NCBI GenBank assembly: GCA_964188305.1
Contig: OZ076892.1
Length of the DNA stretch: 64,000 nucleotides
Strand: one strand, 5' to 3'
Source: Podarcis bocagei
Taxonomy: Eukaryota
Shown here: positions 36,864 to 49,874 of the stretch, piece after piece
Numbering within the stretch: the stretch's first letter is position 1
Layout of the letters: every line of letters begins with the position of its first letter
Program-made: the position numbers and the translations under genes
The notes under the pieces: model-generated
Database searches by the model: none
Told to the model about the DNA's origin: nothing
The model's input: the letters and a program-made list of their open reading frames with translations, nothing else

Positions 36864-37129
36864 TACTGGGCTAGATGAGCTTTTGGCCAGACTCAGCAGG
36901 GTTCTTCTTGTGTTCAACCAGACAAAGTGTGGAGAACATGAAAGTTCACAGGTAGCCACAAGCAGCAAAGTTTCAATAGGGGTAGGGAATGGGGAGGAAC
37001 CAACAGCAACCAGAAAAATCCCCAGCCTCATCAAATTTATGAACTCCCCCCCCCCCAAAAAATGCTCAAAATGCACCTCTACTTCAGCAGCCCATGAAGA
37101 CTGCACGTTGTGCATATTCTGTCAACTTA

Positions 37130-37297
37130 CCGTATTTTTCCGTGTATAAGATTAGGTTCCCCCCCCCTTAAAAATAATGTCAAAAATTAGGGGGTGTCTT
37201 ATACACAAGGCCATCTCCCCCCATTTTCTTAAATCTGAGTTCCCCAAAATAGGGGCCATCTTATACATGGGGGTGACTTATAGACAGAAAAATACGG
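37130..37297. mobile_element. Tc1/mariner-type MITE
   Basis: TIR CCGTATTTTTC/GAAAAATACGG with TA TSD. Confidence 0.75.
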
Positions 37298-37319
37298 TAA
37301 GTTGCCATTCTTCTTTGCT

Positions 37320-38250
37320 TGGTACCTCGCTCGTTTTCCATTTTGGGGCTAACAAAACATGGGCCGCAGTAGTAGCATACATAAATAACCTTTTTTGACA
37401 CCTGGAAATTTCAGTCTGAAGTATCCCCAATAGAAAGGAATCTGGGGTTTTGGGGGGAAGTACTTGTAAACATTTTTTTTCAATTCATTATGGATCATTT
37501 CCCAATTCTCGTTTACCCTTTTACAAGTCCACCACATATGAAAGGACGTTCCCTCCACCTCTTTGCATCTCCAGCACTTATCTGATTCAGTCTTATACAT
37601 CTTAGAAAGCCTACTCGGAGTTAAATACCATCTGTGAATCATTTTCAGGTAGTTCTCCTTCAAAGAAAAACATGCTGTAAACCTCAAGTCACTTTTTCAG
37701 AGAGTTTTCCCCAGAGGTTAAAAACTATATTGTGTCCTATATCTATTGCCCAGTGTGTCATTGAAGTCTTAACAAGCTCATCTTTTGTTTCTCAGTCTAA
37801 TAACAGATTATACATTTTAGACAAAAGTTTCTCTTTGTTTTGTAGAAGTTCTTTTTCAAATTTGAGCTTTGGTCTGAAAAACCATTTTTTCTATCTAATT
37901 TAAACATTTCATGTAACTGATGGTATTGTAACCAATCCGTTAACATGGCTCCTGACATTTTCCATTGACTTCAGTTTAGGTCGTCTCCCCCCCCCCCCGT
38001 AAAGTGGAGCAATTCCCTGTAAGTCACCCACTGTCTATCCATATTAACTCTCTTAATTGTAATAGCCTTCATAGGAGATAGCCGTAAAGGTGTTTTCCTT
38101 TCCAGCAGATTTTTATATTTCTCCCAAACGCTATACAGATTCTTCCTAAGAATATGGTTCATAAAACTTTTATAAAATTTCACCTTCCCATAGGCATGCA
38201 TGCCAGCCGAATTTTAAGTCATGACCTTCTAAGTCCAGGATGTCTGGGCA
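37320..38250 (-). mobile_element. Older frameshifted fragment of a related L1 ORF2 3' region
   Basis: DILDLEGHDLKFGWHA, KYKNLLERKTP and RWYLTP...DKCWRCKEVEGTSFHMWWTC match the 40583-43147 protein across several frames. Confidence 0.85.
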
Positions 38251-40088
38251 AGGGGAGACAATCATGCCCTTCTTTGTTTTTCCCTCCAAAGGTGGGCACA
38301 CTGCTTCATTCCAAAGCAGGGCAGGGCCTATAGCTTCCTGCTGAAATTTTGTAAATATTTCATGCCACAATTGTTCCAAATCTTTTTTTATCTCTCCCTC
38401 TTCTGTTGTGCTGTAGCACACGGGCGCCCCACTAAACGGCAATAATACAATGACATTAGGGAAGCACTGCAGAGCAGCTAACCAACCAGAATGATGTGTG
38501 GATAGTCCAGTATAAATCCACCGCTAATGAACTATTATTGTGTCAATGACATGTTGAGGTATACATCCACAAAACAATCCATTGATCTGGAGGTACCGAA
38601 GGCACATTTTCTTCTGTGAGTGAAGGACACGGGGCAAGTAATTCGTCTGTGTATTGCATAATTACTGAGAATCTGTAGAGAGTGAATGAATGAAAGAGAA
38701 GCAGTCAGAGTAAATAAAATCCAATCCGATAGCCACCATGTCTGATCCATTTGCAAATAGCTAAGAACGCATGTCAACTTTCTCTCTCTCTTTCTCTCTC
38801 TTCACATTACTTCTAATGTGGTTGATATTTCCGTCTAGGAACCTTTGATCATATCGAGACCACTGCACAGACACTCAACTGTTCTTTCCATCTCTTTTTA
38901 TCCTTTTGGTCCTGCTTAGCTAGCTGAGAACTTTCATGTTTTCCAGAAGAGTCATTTCCGTCGCTTATAGTGCAATCAGAACATGATGAATGAGCTGGGC
39001 ATGGGAGGGAAGGGGCATCTCTGTCTTCCACGCAGCTGCTCAAGGTACAAGAGCCTTGTTAGGAAACGTCAACACTTGAGGAGAAGGAGAAGGGGGAAAT
39101 TCTCACTCCTTATCTTCCGCAGTGTTTATCATTAGCAACAGCAGCAATGATGCAATTCTGTTCCATTTTATTTTCATGTTAACAGCCATGCACAATACAA
39201 AGTTGCACAGCATGAAATGAAATAATAAGCATAGGAGCCAACTCCTAAGTACGGAGGTCCCTTTGGTGCCCCCAATAATTTTTTTTAGGGGGCTAGACCC
39301 CCCCCCCAAGTTAATGAGCATTACCATTCAAATGGTGCGCATGTGCTGCATCTTGTGATTGATTATGTGGGGCTGGGCTTACCTGCCCCCCACCCCATAT
39401 TTTATTCAAGTTGGCAACCCTGCATTCAAGAGTGTGGGGGGGGGAAGAAAGAGTATGGGCTGGATGGACCTACTTTGGACCACACCTTCTGGAGCCATAT
39501 CCCCCCCCCCCACTGCTTAAAAAATAAATAAATAAATCATTGCCTTCCTTCATCCTTGCACTGCCTCCTTAAATCTTAAACCCCTTCCAAATGTGCCTCT
39601 AAATTCATTGTGTCTTTAACTAGCTGCTTAATCACTACAAATCATGATACAAGAGGGACACGCCAGTTACAAGGGCAGAGCGGCTCCATCTGCTTGGCAG
39701 TTCTCGAAGTCTTCCATCATAGAAACTGCCTTTTCGTCTCCTGCCCGCCTTGTCCTTCATATCGTCCTTGGCTGGTATAGAATTCTCAGCTGCCAGGAAA
39801 TAGACCTGACACCCAAAACAACAGTAAAACTCATGAAGGTTTCCAAGGCAGCTCTGGATAGCAGCCCATCTCGTCGCTTCTAGCAGGAAACCAAGCACAT
39901 ATGTTTCAAGGCATATACTGGTCCCCAGTCAAGTCACTTCCAGACAACCTGTTTATCCTGTTTGCAGAAAGTCTGTGGGGAGGTTTTGTGATGACGGTTG
40001 TTTATTGGAAATCCCATTTTGATTTGTTTGTAGGGAGGGAACACAATACCACATCAAACACTTGGTGTTTTCCAGCACGTCTTTTCCC

Positions 40089-40249
40089 CAGTGGCGTAGC
40101 GTGGGGGGTGCAGGGGGGCCGGCCGCACCGGGCGCAACATCTGGGGGTTAGGGGGCGCAAATCCACGGGTTAGGGGCGCAAATCCACGGGTTAGGGGGCG
40201 CAAATTACTTGCCTTGCCCCGGGTGCTGACAACCCACGCTACGCCACTG
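40089..40249. mobile_element. Young hAT MITE with internal tandem repeats
   Basis: 17-bp perfect TIR CAGTGGCGTAGCGTGGG, 8-bp TSD CTTTTCCC, ~3 copies of GGGTTAGGGGGCGCAAAT(CCAC). Confidence 0.88.
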
Positions 40250-40488
40250 CTTTTCCCCCATCACTTTCCTTACTGCAAAAGTCTGCTGTTTTGTTTTTAA
40301 ACAGAAGCAGGTCTGTTGCACAAGAGGGCAAGAAATGCAAATCCAGAAGGTACCCTCAATGAATCCAAACATAAAAGTATGTGACTCCATCTGTCAGGGA
40401 TTCTTTAGCTGTGATTCCCCCAAATATCCATGCATCCATTCGTTACCTTTTCCGGTGCACGGACAAAGGTTTTGCAAGGTCTAGCTCA

Positions 40489-40545
<57 letters not shown>

Positions 40546-40582
40546 GCTTGAGCCCATAGCCTTAGAATAAGAATGCCACTGA

Positions 40583-43147
40583 GGAGAATGTATTCAGAAA
40601 CCAGAAGAAATTAGAAAGTGTTTCCAGAGATATTTCAAAAAATTGTTTACCCAAGGACACCAAGCAGAGACCGAGATAAACCAATTCTTAGAAAGTTATG
40701 GCCTGCAAAAACTAACACAAGATAAACAAACAGCCCTGAATTATAAAATAACACAACAGGAAATTGAAAGCGCCATTCAGAACATGCAACTAGGCAAATC
40801 CCCAGGTCCAGATGGACTTACCTCCAAATATTACAAGATACTGAAGGAATATCTGGTTCAGCCACTAATGGAGGTATGCAATCAAATTATGGAAGGGAAG
40901 GGGGCACCAGAATCGTGGAAAGAGGCATTCATCACTTTGATACCAAAATCGGAATCTGAAAAGACTCAACTTAAGAACTACCGTCCCATCTCACTCCTAA
41001 ACGTGGATTACAAAATTTTTGCTGATATTTTAGCAAATAGATTGAAAAAAGTTTTAAACGAAGTAATACATAAAGACCAAGTAGGCTTTCTCCCTGGCAG
41101 GCATTTGTCTGACAACACCAGGAACATTGTGGACGTTTTGGAGTTATTACAGACAAATTTGAACACAAAAGCAGTTTTGATCTTTATAGATGCAGAGAAG
41201 GCCTTTGATAACATATCTTGGAAATTTATGAAGAAAAATTTGGAAGGGATGGGTGTGGGAAGGGCGTTCCAAAATGGTATTGAAGCAATCTATTCAGAAC
41301 AAAAAGCTAAACTGATAGTAAACAATGTGGTGACAGAGGAGTTTAAAATTGAAAAAGGGACACGACAGGGATGCCCCCTATCACCCTTGTTATTTATTTC
41401 TGTCCTGGAGGTGTTGCTGAACTTGATCAGGAAGGACCAGCAGGTGGAAGGAATACAGGTCGGAGAAAAACAATATAAATTGAAGGCCTTTGCAGACGAT
41501 TTGGTTTTGACAGTACAGGAGCCAGAAACTAGTACAAAAAGAGCTTTAGAGCTAATCTCTGAATTTGGTCGGGTAGCGGGATTCAAGTTGAACAAACAAA
41601 AAACTAAGGTTTTGGCAAAAAATATGACACCTTCAGAAATAGAGGGGTTTCAGAAGGAAACAGAATTAAACGTGGTAACAAAAGTGAAATACCTGGGGGT
41701 TAACTTGACCGGGAGAAACTTGAATTTGTTCAAAGACAACTATGAAAAATGTTGGTCTGAAATTAAAAGGGACTTAGAAATTTGGTCAAGATTGAAACTT
41801 TCCTTGTTGGGAAGGATCGCAGCAGTGAAAATGAATGTATTGCCAAGAATGTTATTTTTGTTTCAAACCCTCCAGATCGTGGACAGAGTGGAGTGTTTTG
41901 GAAAGTGGCAGAAGGACATCACGAAGTTTTTCTGGCAGGGCAAAAAGCCCCGAATAAAATTTAAGATACTAACAGATGCGAAGGAGAGAGGGGGATTTGC
42001 CCTGCCGGACTTAAGATTGTATTATGAAGCTGCATCCTTCTGCTGGATGAAGGATTGGTTTCTGTTAGAAAACACTGATGTCCTAGATCTGGAAGGGCAT
42101 AGCAATGCTTTCGGGTGGCATGCATACTTGTGGTACGACAAGGTAAAGTCTCATAAACTGTTTAAAAACCATATTGTCAGGAAAGCTCTATTTATTGTCT
42201 GGACTAAATACAAGGACTTACTTGAAAATAAGACCCCGAGGTGGCTATCACCGACGGAGGCTAAAGCCATTAAACTACGTAACATGGGGAGTGGCTGGGC
42301 AAAATACTGTGAGTTAATAGAAAGAGATGGTGATACTTGGAGGTTGCAGAGCTTTGAAAAATTGAAGGGAAAGGTGCGAGACTGGTTCCATTATGCCCAA
42401 ATTCTAGAGGTGTTTAAAAAGGATAAAAAAATTGGTTTCCAGGTGGAAAAATCAAAACTAGAGACAGAACTACTTGAACCTAAGACGAAAGTGCTTTCAA
42501 GAATGTATAACTTGTTGCTTAAATGGAATACTCAAGATGAGACAGTTAAATCAGCTATGATAAAATGGGCTCAGGACATTGGGTACAACATTATGTTTGA
42601 AGACTGGGAAAGGTTATGGACCACCGGTATGAAATTCACGGCATGTAGTGCCTTAAAAGAAAACATTATGAAAATGGTATACAGGTGGTACATGACCCCA
42701 GTCAAACTTGCAAAGATATACCATCTGTCTGACAATAAATGTTGGAAATGTAAGGAGGCTGAAGGAACATTCTTTCACCTCTGGTGGACATGCCCGAGGG
42801 TGAAGGCTTTTTGGGAAATGATTTATAATGAGTTGAAAAAGGTGTTTAAGTACACCTTTCACAAGAAACCAGAGGCCTTCCTCCTGGGCATTGTGGGCCA
42901 GAGAGTGTCAAAGAAAGATAGAACTTTCTTTTTATATGCAACTACAGCAGCAAGAATCCTTATAGCTAAACATTGGAAGGCACAGGAGCTACCCACGCTG
43001 GAAGAGTGGCATTCGCAGCTGATGGACTACATGGAACTGGCCGAAATGACCGGCAGAATCCGAGATCTGGGAGAAGAGGCAGTGGAAGAGGATTGGAAAA
43101 AATTTAAGGACTATCTACAAAAACATTATAAGCTATATGAATGTTGA
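40583..43147 (+). pseudogene. L1 ORF2 remnant (RT + C-terminal CCHC knuckle; endonuclease missing), frame intact
   Basis: KSPGPDG, NYRPISLLNVDYKI, IDAEKAFD, GTRQGCPLSP, AFADD, KYLG, CWKC...HLWWTC; no stops from the 5' junction to 43147. Confidence 0.93.
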
Positions 43148-43486
43148 GAATTTGCTAAGTTTTTGGGAAAAACATGCTTCAGCATTGAGATCTATAAATG
43201 ATGGAAATTAAGTTATGATTTTGAAAAGTATAAATTACAGATGATATAACTAAATGAAAGCACAAAAACACATGAAATAAGGTATCAATTTGCTGTTTAT
43301 TTTTATTGTAAAGAAAGCAGGGGATGGAAGATCTGGGGAAGTCCAGTTGACTACGAAAATAGATCTGGAAAAATGAATTTTCTTTTATAATTTCTTCTTT
43401 TTTCTGTAAAATCGCTTTTGTTATGTTGTTGACGATGTTCTTTGACCTTGGAAAAAAAGCAATAAAAAATTTATTAAAAAAAAAAA
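40583..43486 (+). mobile_element. 5'-truncated L1-clade LINE, recent insertion
   Basis: 20-bp TSD TAGAATAAGAATGCCACTGA (40563-40582, 43487-43506); AATAAA 43461-43466 and an A-tail. Confidence 0.93.
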
Positions 43487-44914
43487 TAGAATAAGAATGC
43501 CACTGAACTGCAAACAGCTGCCAACTATCCTTTTCATCCAGGAAAATATTGTGGGAAATGTATTCAGTGCATGTACCAAGATATTAGCTCCAACTCACAA
43601 TCTGTTTTTTGATGCACACATCAGCACTGAACATTGCTCACTGTGGCCCTGAAGAGTTATTTGGCAAATAATCTTGCAGTTAGGTGCAGCAAGCTGGCTC
43701 AGCCTGATTGTAATCTCTGTGCTCCTGCTAATCTTGCCTCTGCTTACTCCACAAGTTTGTGATATCAGCAGGGTTTAGCTCAAGCTAGAGATCTGCCTGG
43801 TACGGAGTCCTGAGCCAAAAATATCCCACTGAATCAGATCACGTTAGGAACTTAGGCAGCTGCTGCATGCCGAGTCAGGTTCATCCCATCTCACTCTGTA
43901 TTGTCTGCGCTGACTGGCAGTGGCTCTCCAGGGTTTTACATAAGGAACATTCCCAGCCCTGCCTGGAGATGCCAGAGAGTGAACCTGGAACCTTCTGCAC
44001 ACAAAGCAGACCCTCTGCCACTACATGATGGCTCTTCCCGCATTCAGAGCATCATCACAGCTGGACTCATACCACGGCAATTTTAGGGAGGGTTGCCAGG
44101 TGAAAGAGCATCATTCAAAGGTACCCTGCCAATACCATATTCATGGAGGCCCTTGGGCAAGTGTCCTGCCCCACTCCTCCTTGCCACAGCCAGCCCTGCC
44201 CATCATTCGTTTGCCCTCTTCTTCTTGGGTCTAATGTGATTGGCCACCCAGAGGCAAAGGCTAAAGCAGAACAGAGACAGCTGCCTGCTCTCTGTGCTCC
44301 TGTCACTGCACATTCCACTACGGAGGAGAGATGTGCAGGCAGAAGTATCTGTAGGGAGGAACAGCAGAGCAAGAGAGCTCTAAGGTTAGCAGTGGGTCCC
44401 TTGCTGGGGCACAGGCCTTGGCAGGTGCCTGATAATGTCAACTCCTGAGCCCTATCACAAAAGCTTTCGACAAACATCACCTACGCACATTTTTCATTGC
44501 ATTCTTAAGAACTAGGAAATTGCCTTTAAAATCAGCAGCAGTAAAACTCCAGTTCTTAGCATGCCAGATTAAAATTCTGCTTCCCATATGAAATCCTGCG
44601 TGGTGTAGTGCTTGAATGCAAAAAATATATATGAGCACTTTTCATTTTGGAGATATGGGGAAAGCACATAACACCCCCACCAAAAAACAACAACACAGAA
44701 CCTGGGAAGTGTTATTAAGGGTGCTGAGAATTGTAGCACTATGTGGGGGAAACTACAGTTCCCAGGATTCTTGGAGGTGTGTGTGCACTAAATGCATGGT
44801 GTGTACACAGCCTCGGTCTATTTGGTCTGGGGTTGCGTATTTCTCAAATAGCTGCTAGCCACATGCATTCTGGTTATATGTATTGCACAATTGCATGGTC
44901 ACATTGGAAGCAGC

Positions 44915-44976
<62 letters not shown>

Positions 44977-46321
44977 CATTCTAAGAATTCCAGTTTGGTT
45001 TAGGGTGGTTGGCATAAAATATGGATAATTTTGTCAATTCCAGTTTCTTATTTTTTCCATTCTTTTAAGTTCAGCTCATCACACTTCCATGTCAGTTGTC
45101 AAATTTTGGGGTGGTTTTTTTTAAGTCCTCATGAAAATTAATCAGTGTGCTAGTGCAAATTTTCCTGAATGCATACATTTTTGCAAGCAATTCCCCCTAA
45201 ATTTGTGTATGCTATTTTCATGAATGCATTTAAAGTCAAACTTGGCACACCTTTTTTTGTTGCTGCAAAACTGCATCATTCAGAGAAAGGTGAATTCTGA
45301 AGGATAGCTCTGTTTCAGTTCACATATTGCTTCGGGAAATTTGGTAGGTTTGTATCAGAATGCAAACCAAGCTAGAATTCTTCCCCAGACCTAGGAAGCA
45401 ATATTCTAGTCCTCATTAATGACAGATTTGCAAGTGAGGAGGAAATGTTTGTTGACATTTCAGAAGCTGCAGAAACTAATGAGGAAGACATCAGTGTCTT
45501 GAACAAGTCTTTGCTCCTTTCCATAACTAGGAGTAGAACAAGTGATACAAGAAGCCAAATACAGTAGTTGCAAAACGACATGAGTGACATGATATAATGC
45601 ACCTTTTCTTGGTGGAGGGTTGATATTCCCTTAGCATAACAATTTAACATGAACATTTTCACATGGGTAATTAAAAATAGATTTGGACCACAAATCCTTT
45701 AAAAATAAGTTATGAAACTTGATGGTAGGATCTTTTATTTTTCCATCTCTGACAAGTCAGACAATCATTTCCAATCTAGTTGCAGGTGTTAATTGGGCAC
45801 ATCTGTCTGACAGCTTAAATGTCTCTAGCTAACGTCTACAGGTGGATTTTCACCTTTTGCAGAGATGCTTTCATCTCTGAGTCCCTATTAAGCAAAGAAG
45901 CACAGACAGGAACCAATAAGGAGTGTACAAATGGAATCTTTTAAGACAGGTGTTTGCAAAATCAGAGAAAGAAAGAAAGATTCTGAACATAACAGGAATA
46001 TTTAAGTACAGGCTGTCAGTTTATTTCAAGCTGAAAATATACCCTAAAAATTAAAAACCAAAGTTTTAAAAAATGAAAAGCAATGTTTTTAAAGAGTAGA
46101 AGGGTAAAACTTGAAACTTTCCATCATATATGAAATTTGGGAACTGTGAACGTGAACTCTCTCATTTGACAGGACCATTGATAGAAATGTCTCCCGGAGG
46201 AGTCTCTAAATTCCAGTTGATTACGGAAGGATTAACAGAACAGGAAAGAGTGTGGTGATGAGATTTGTCGAGGGATGGGGGCTTAAATAAAAAGCTCGAC
46301 ATTTCACTCAGTAGGGCTAAG

Positions 46322-46852
46322 CCAGAGGTCAGCAAACTAAAGCCCGGGGGCCAGATGTGGCCCACTGGGCTCATTAATCTGGCCCACGAACCTTGCGGAC
46401 TCTGCCGCCCACCCGCTCAGTCAATCCCCACGCTAAACCGGCATGGTGTGGAGGCCTCACGGTGTGGGGACTGACCTCCACGCCACTGCTGCGGCTTCGG
46501 ATTGGCTGCAAGAAGCTCCTGCAGCCAATCCGAAGCCACAGACGCCTCTGGGCGACACCTCTTCCTTCCCGCTGCGGTGGCCGTATATGGCCAAGAGCTG
46601 AGCAGGAGGAAGTGGTGGCGGGGAGGCTGCCTCTGCTGCCCAGGCCAGTGGCATGGACTCTGCGCCCCGCAGACCCCTGGCCGAGGCAGAGGACGATGAC
46701 AATGCTGCCAAAGTTGAGGCGGCATCAGTGGCTGCGGCGGGGGGGGGGGTCCTTTCGAGAGGGAGGTTGCTTTTGGGAGAGGTGAGTCTGGCCCCCCCAC
46801 AAGGTTTGAGGGACAGTGGACTGGTCCCCTCCTGAAAAAATGTTGACCCTTG
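46322..46852. mobile_element. GC/CpG-rich non-autonomous hAT-like element
   Basis: CAGAGGTCAGCAAAC...TGTTGACCCTTG imperfect TIRs and GGCCC-rich subtermini; TSD unclear. A similar element class occurs at ~53151-53470. Confidence 0.55.
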
Positions 46853-49338
46853 GATCAGCGCCCACTGGGCACTGCTGGGCACAGTGAGACTTCATAGAAT
46901 CTGCAAGCCTGCCGTCAGCTTTGGAATAGGAAATTAACCCAAGGCATAGGTTAGTTAAACAGAGAACCAAAGCTTAGGCTTTCCAAATATTGCTTCAGAT
47001 TGGGGGGGGGGTGAGCAAAGTGGTGAACAAAGGCCCCCTAGGAGCGATCCAGAATTCATAGAGGCCACATCCAAAGTGTTTAAGTGGACCCTGAAGTGAA
47101 GTGTGGGTGAGGGAGCTCACACAGCCCTAGCCAGCCCTGCAGTTCCCATCATCTCCAGAGAGCATGGCCAACGGTCAGGGATGATGGGAGTTGTAGTGCA
47201 ACTAGGTCTGGAGAGTTATAGGTTCCCCATCCTGCCATACCAAATTAACCAGAAGTAAATCATGTTCAATTCAATGGGGCTTGTTTTTAAGTAATTCTGT
47301 GTAGCTGGGATGGGGAATCTCTGGCCTTCAAGATGCTGTGGAGCTACATCACCCCTGAGCACTGACCATGTTGACAGAGGCTGATGGGAGCTGGAGTCCC
47401 ACAACGTATGGATGATCATGGGTTCCTCACCCCCAGTTTATGAGATCACACTGTTCGGCGCCTATCAAGCCTTCCTCTGACATCTGGTATCTTTACTGCC
47501 ATGCAAACAAAAGAACCACTAGACTTTCATCTCTGCATCCTGTAACTGCTGTTTCTTCAAATCGCAATTGCATGGTTCTGGTTTCTACACTACTTGTTTC
47601 ACTCTGAGCAGCGGGAGGGAGGGAGGACGATCAGGTCAAACCGGGAGGAGGTCTGCTGCCTTTATTGCTCTGAGCCTTTTCATTACAGGAGAGACTAATT
47701 GCGACTCAAGTTCAACTCTGTGGTTTGGAACTTAACCTTGATGCAGACTTTAAATGCTGCCTGTGTTGGAGGGAATGTCAGGGAGGGAGTTCTACCTATC
47801 GGTGGCACATGGTGGGTAATAGTCAGGAAATTAATTAGAAAGATTGGCATATTAGACAAAAGGAAAAGCAACCTTAGGTCCTTTGAAACCTGTATGCTTG
47901 TGAGCATAAGTTTAGACATCTCTGACAGGTCTGGAAAATTGATGCTGCTATGTAAGAACTTAAGAAAAGCCCTGCTGGATCAGGCCCATCTAGTCCAGCA
48001 TCCTGTTCTCACAGTGGCCAATGAGATGCTGGCAGGACCTGAACTCTCTCCACTTGTGATTACCAGCAACTGGGATTCAGAGGCAAACTGCATCTAGCAG
48101 TGGAGATAATGTTGAATTAAAATGCAGGTGATGGTCCAGCTGGGTTGTGTACATGGAAAGCAGGGAGATGGGACCACCTTGTCCTTCACCTCAAGCAGAA
48201 ACAATGTCTTGGGCATCTAGTATTTCTCATTCAGGGGTATCCAACATGGTACCCTCCCCAGGTGTTGTGGATGACAATTTCCATCATTCCTGATCTTGGC
48301 CATGCTGGCTTGAGTTTGATGGGACTTGTTGCCATCCTTCAACATCTGTTGCCCCCCCCCCCCCCCGTGCTAGTTCCATTCAGTGAAGAGACTGGAGAGA
48401 GAGGTAAATATGAACAAAGAAGATGACACTAATATAATTATGATCTCTTCTCTTGGTACAGTTCAGAGGTAGGTCGTGTCCCAAGTGTCAGGTGTTCTTT
48501 TCTTCCATGGCAATTGACTGATACTTTTCATAGTATTAGTTTGATAATATCTCACCGGAAAAGCCTTCAGCCTGGATTTCAGCCAGCAGGACTAATGTCT
48601 TCTACTGGCCTTGGGCGGAAGGCAGCGATAGATAAAAGTCAAGCTGTCACATAATCCCTAAAGGAAGAAGTCCAGCCATGATCAGTTGAGTCGTCCCCCC
48701 CCCCCCCCGCATTGCTTGTCAGCAAGATGTTTCTAAGACACCAGAGGAGAGTTTCCCAAAATGCCACTCAGTGACATTGATTTGCAGTGGAATGCATAAA
48801 TTGCCTCCATTGACAACTTTATTGTTAGATGACATGTCCTCCTGAGATGGCAAAGCGGGAAATGGTTATAGCTGTGATAGAGCACCTGCTTTGCATGCAG
48901 AAGGTCCTAGGTTCCCTCCCTGACATCTCCAGGAATATCTGCCAGTCAGTGTAGACAATACTGAGCTAGATGGGCCAATGGTCTGCCTGCCTGTCATATT
49001 TCATTACTGATGGCTGTCCTGCATATGCAAAACTCTATGGGTCTGCCCCATTGCTTCCCTTTTCACTTCTCACTAAATGTGTTGGAGTTTCTGTGTGCAG
49101 TGCTTGCTGCCTCTGGATCCTCTCCCTCACTCAGCATCCAACCATTCTGCCCCCAACTTCATCCTCTGACCTGTCTTCCGTGTCCCACCCCCAGTGCCCT
49201 GGCTCTGATCCTTCCTCTTCTGAGGCTTCCGGGGGGGGGGGTCCTCCAGCTAGAGCCTCCCACTAACCCTCATCATCCAGCCAGTCCCTGACAAACTGGT
49301 GGGCACCCCACAAGCAGCACTTCTAGCATTTCCAACCA

Positions 49339-49874
49339 CCGTATTTTTCGCTCCATAAGACACACTTTTTTCCTCTTAAAATCGAAGGGGGAATGTCTGT
49401 GCGTCTTATGGAGCGAATGTGTGGTCCCTGGAGCTGGGGGGGGACCTGGGCTTCCCTCGCCAGCCCCACAAGCTCGGGGAGCAGCAGAAAGGCTGCTCCC
49501 CGAGCTTGTGGGGCTGGCGGTGGGGGAAAGCCGTGCTTCCCCCACCGCCAGCCCCAGGGAGCAGCGGGAAGGCTGAGCTCAGCCTTTCCGCTGCTCCCCG
49601 ACCTGCTATTTGGGTCGAACAGCTCTGGGGTAGCCTGCAAAGCCTCTGCAGGGCAGTGGGGAGCCTTCATCCCGCTGCCCTGGGGAGGCTTCATGTGGCT
49701 ATCCCTGGTTTTTGTGGGAGGTGGGGGAAGGGACAGAGCGAGGCTCTCTCACTTCCCCCACCTCCCGCAAAAGCCCCCAAGAGCTGCATATATTTTTTTC
49801 TTGAATTCCCCCCCCCCTAAATAAAAGTAGGTGCGCCTTATGGTCAGGTGCACCTTATGGAGTGAAAAATACGG
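49339..49874. mobile_element. Tc1/mariner-type non-autonomous element with a GC-rich palindromic interior
   Basis: TIR CCGTATTTTTCGCTCCATAAG/CTTATGGAGTGAAAAATACGG; CA/TA flanks. Confidence 0.75.

Noticed and set aside
45380-46150. Possible ancient L1 ORF1 remnant
   Set aside because: Only vague coiled-coil-like, A-rich character, with many stops and no TSD or diagnostic motif.
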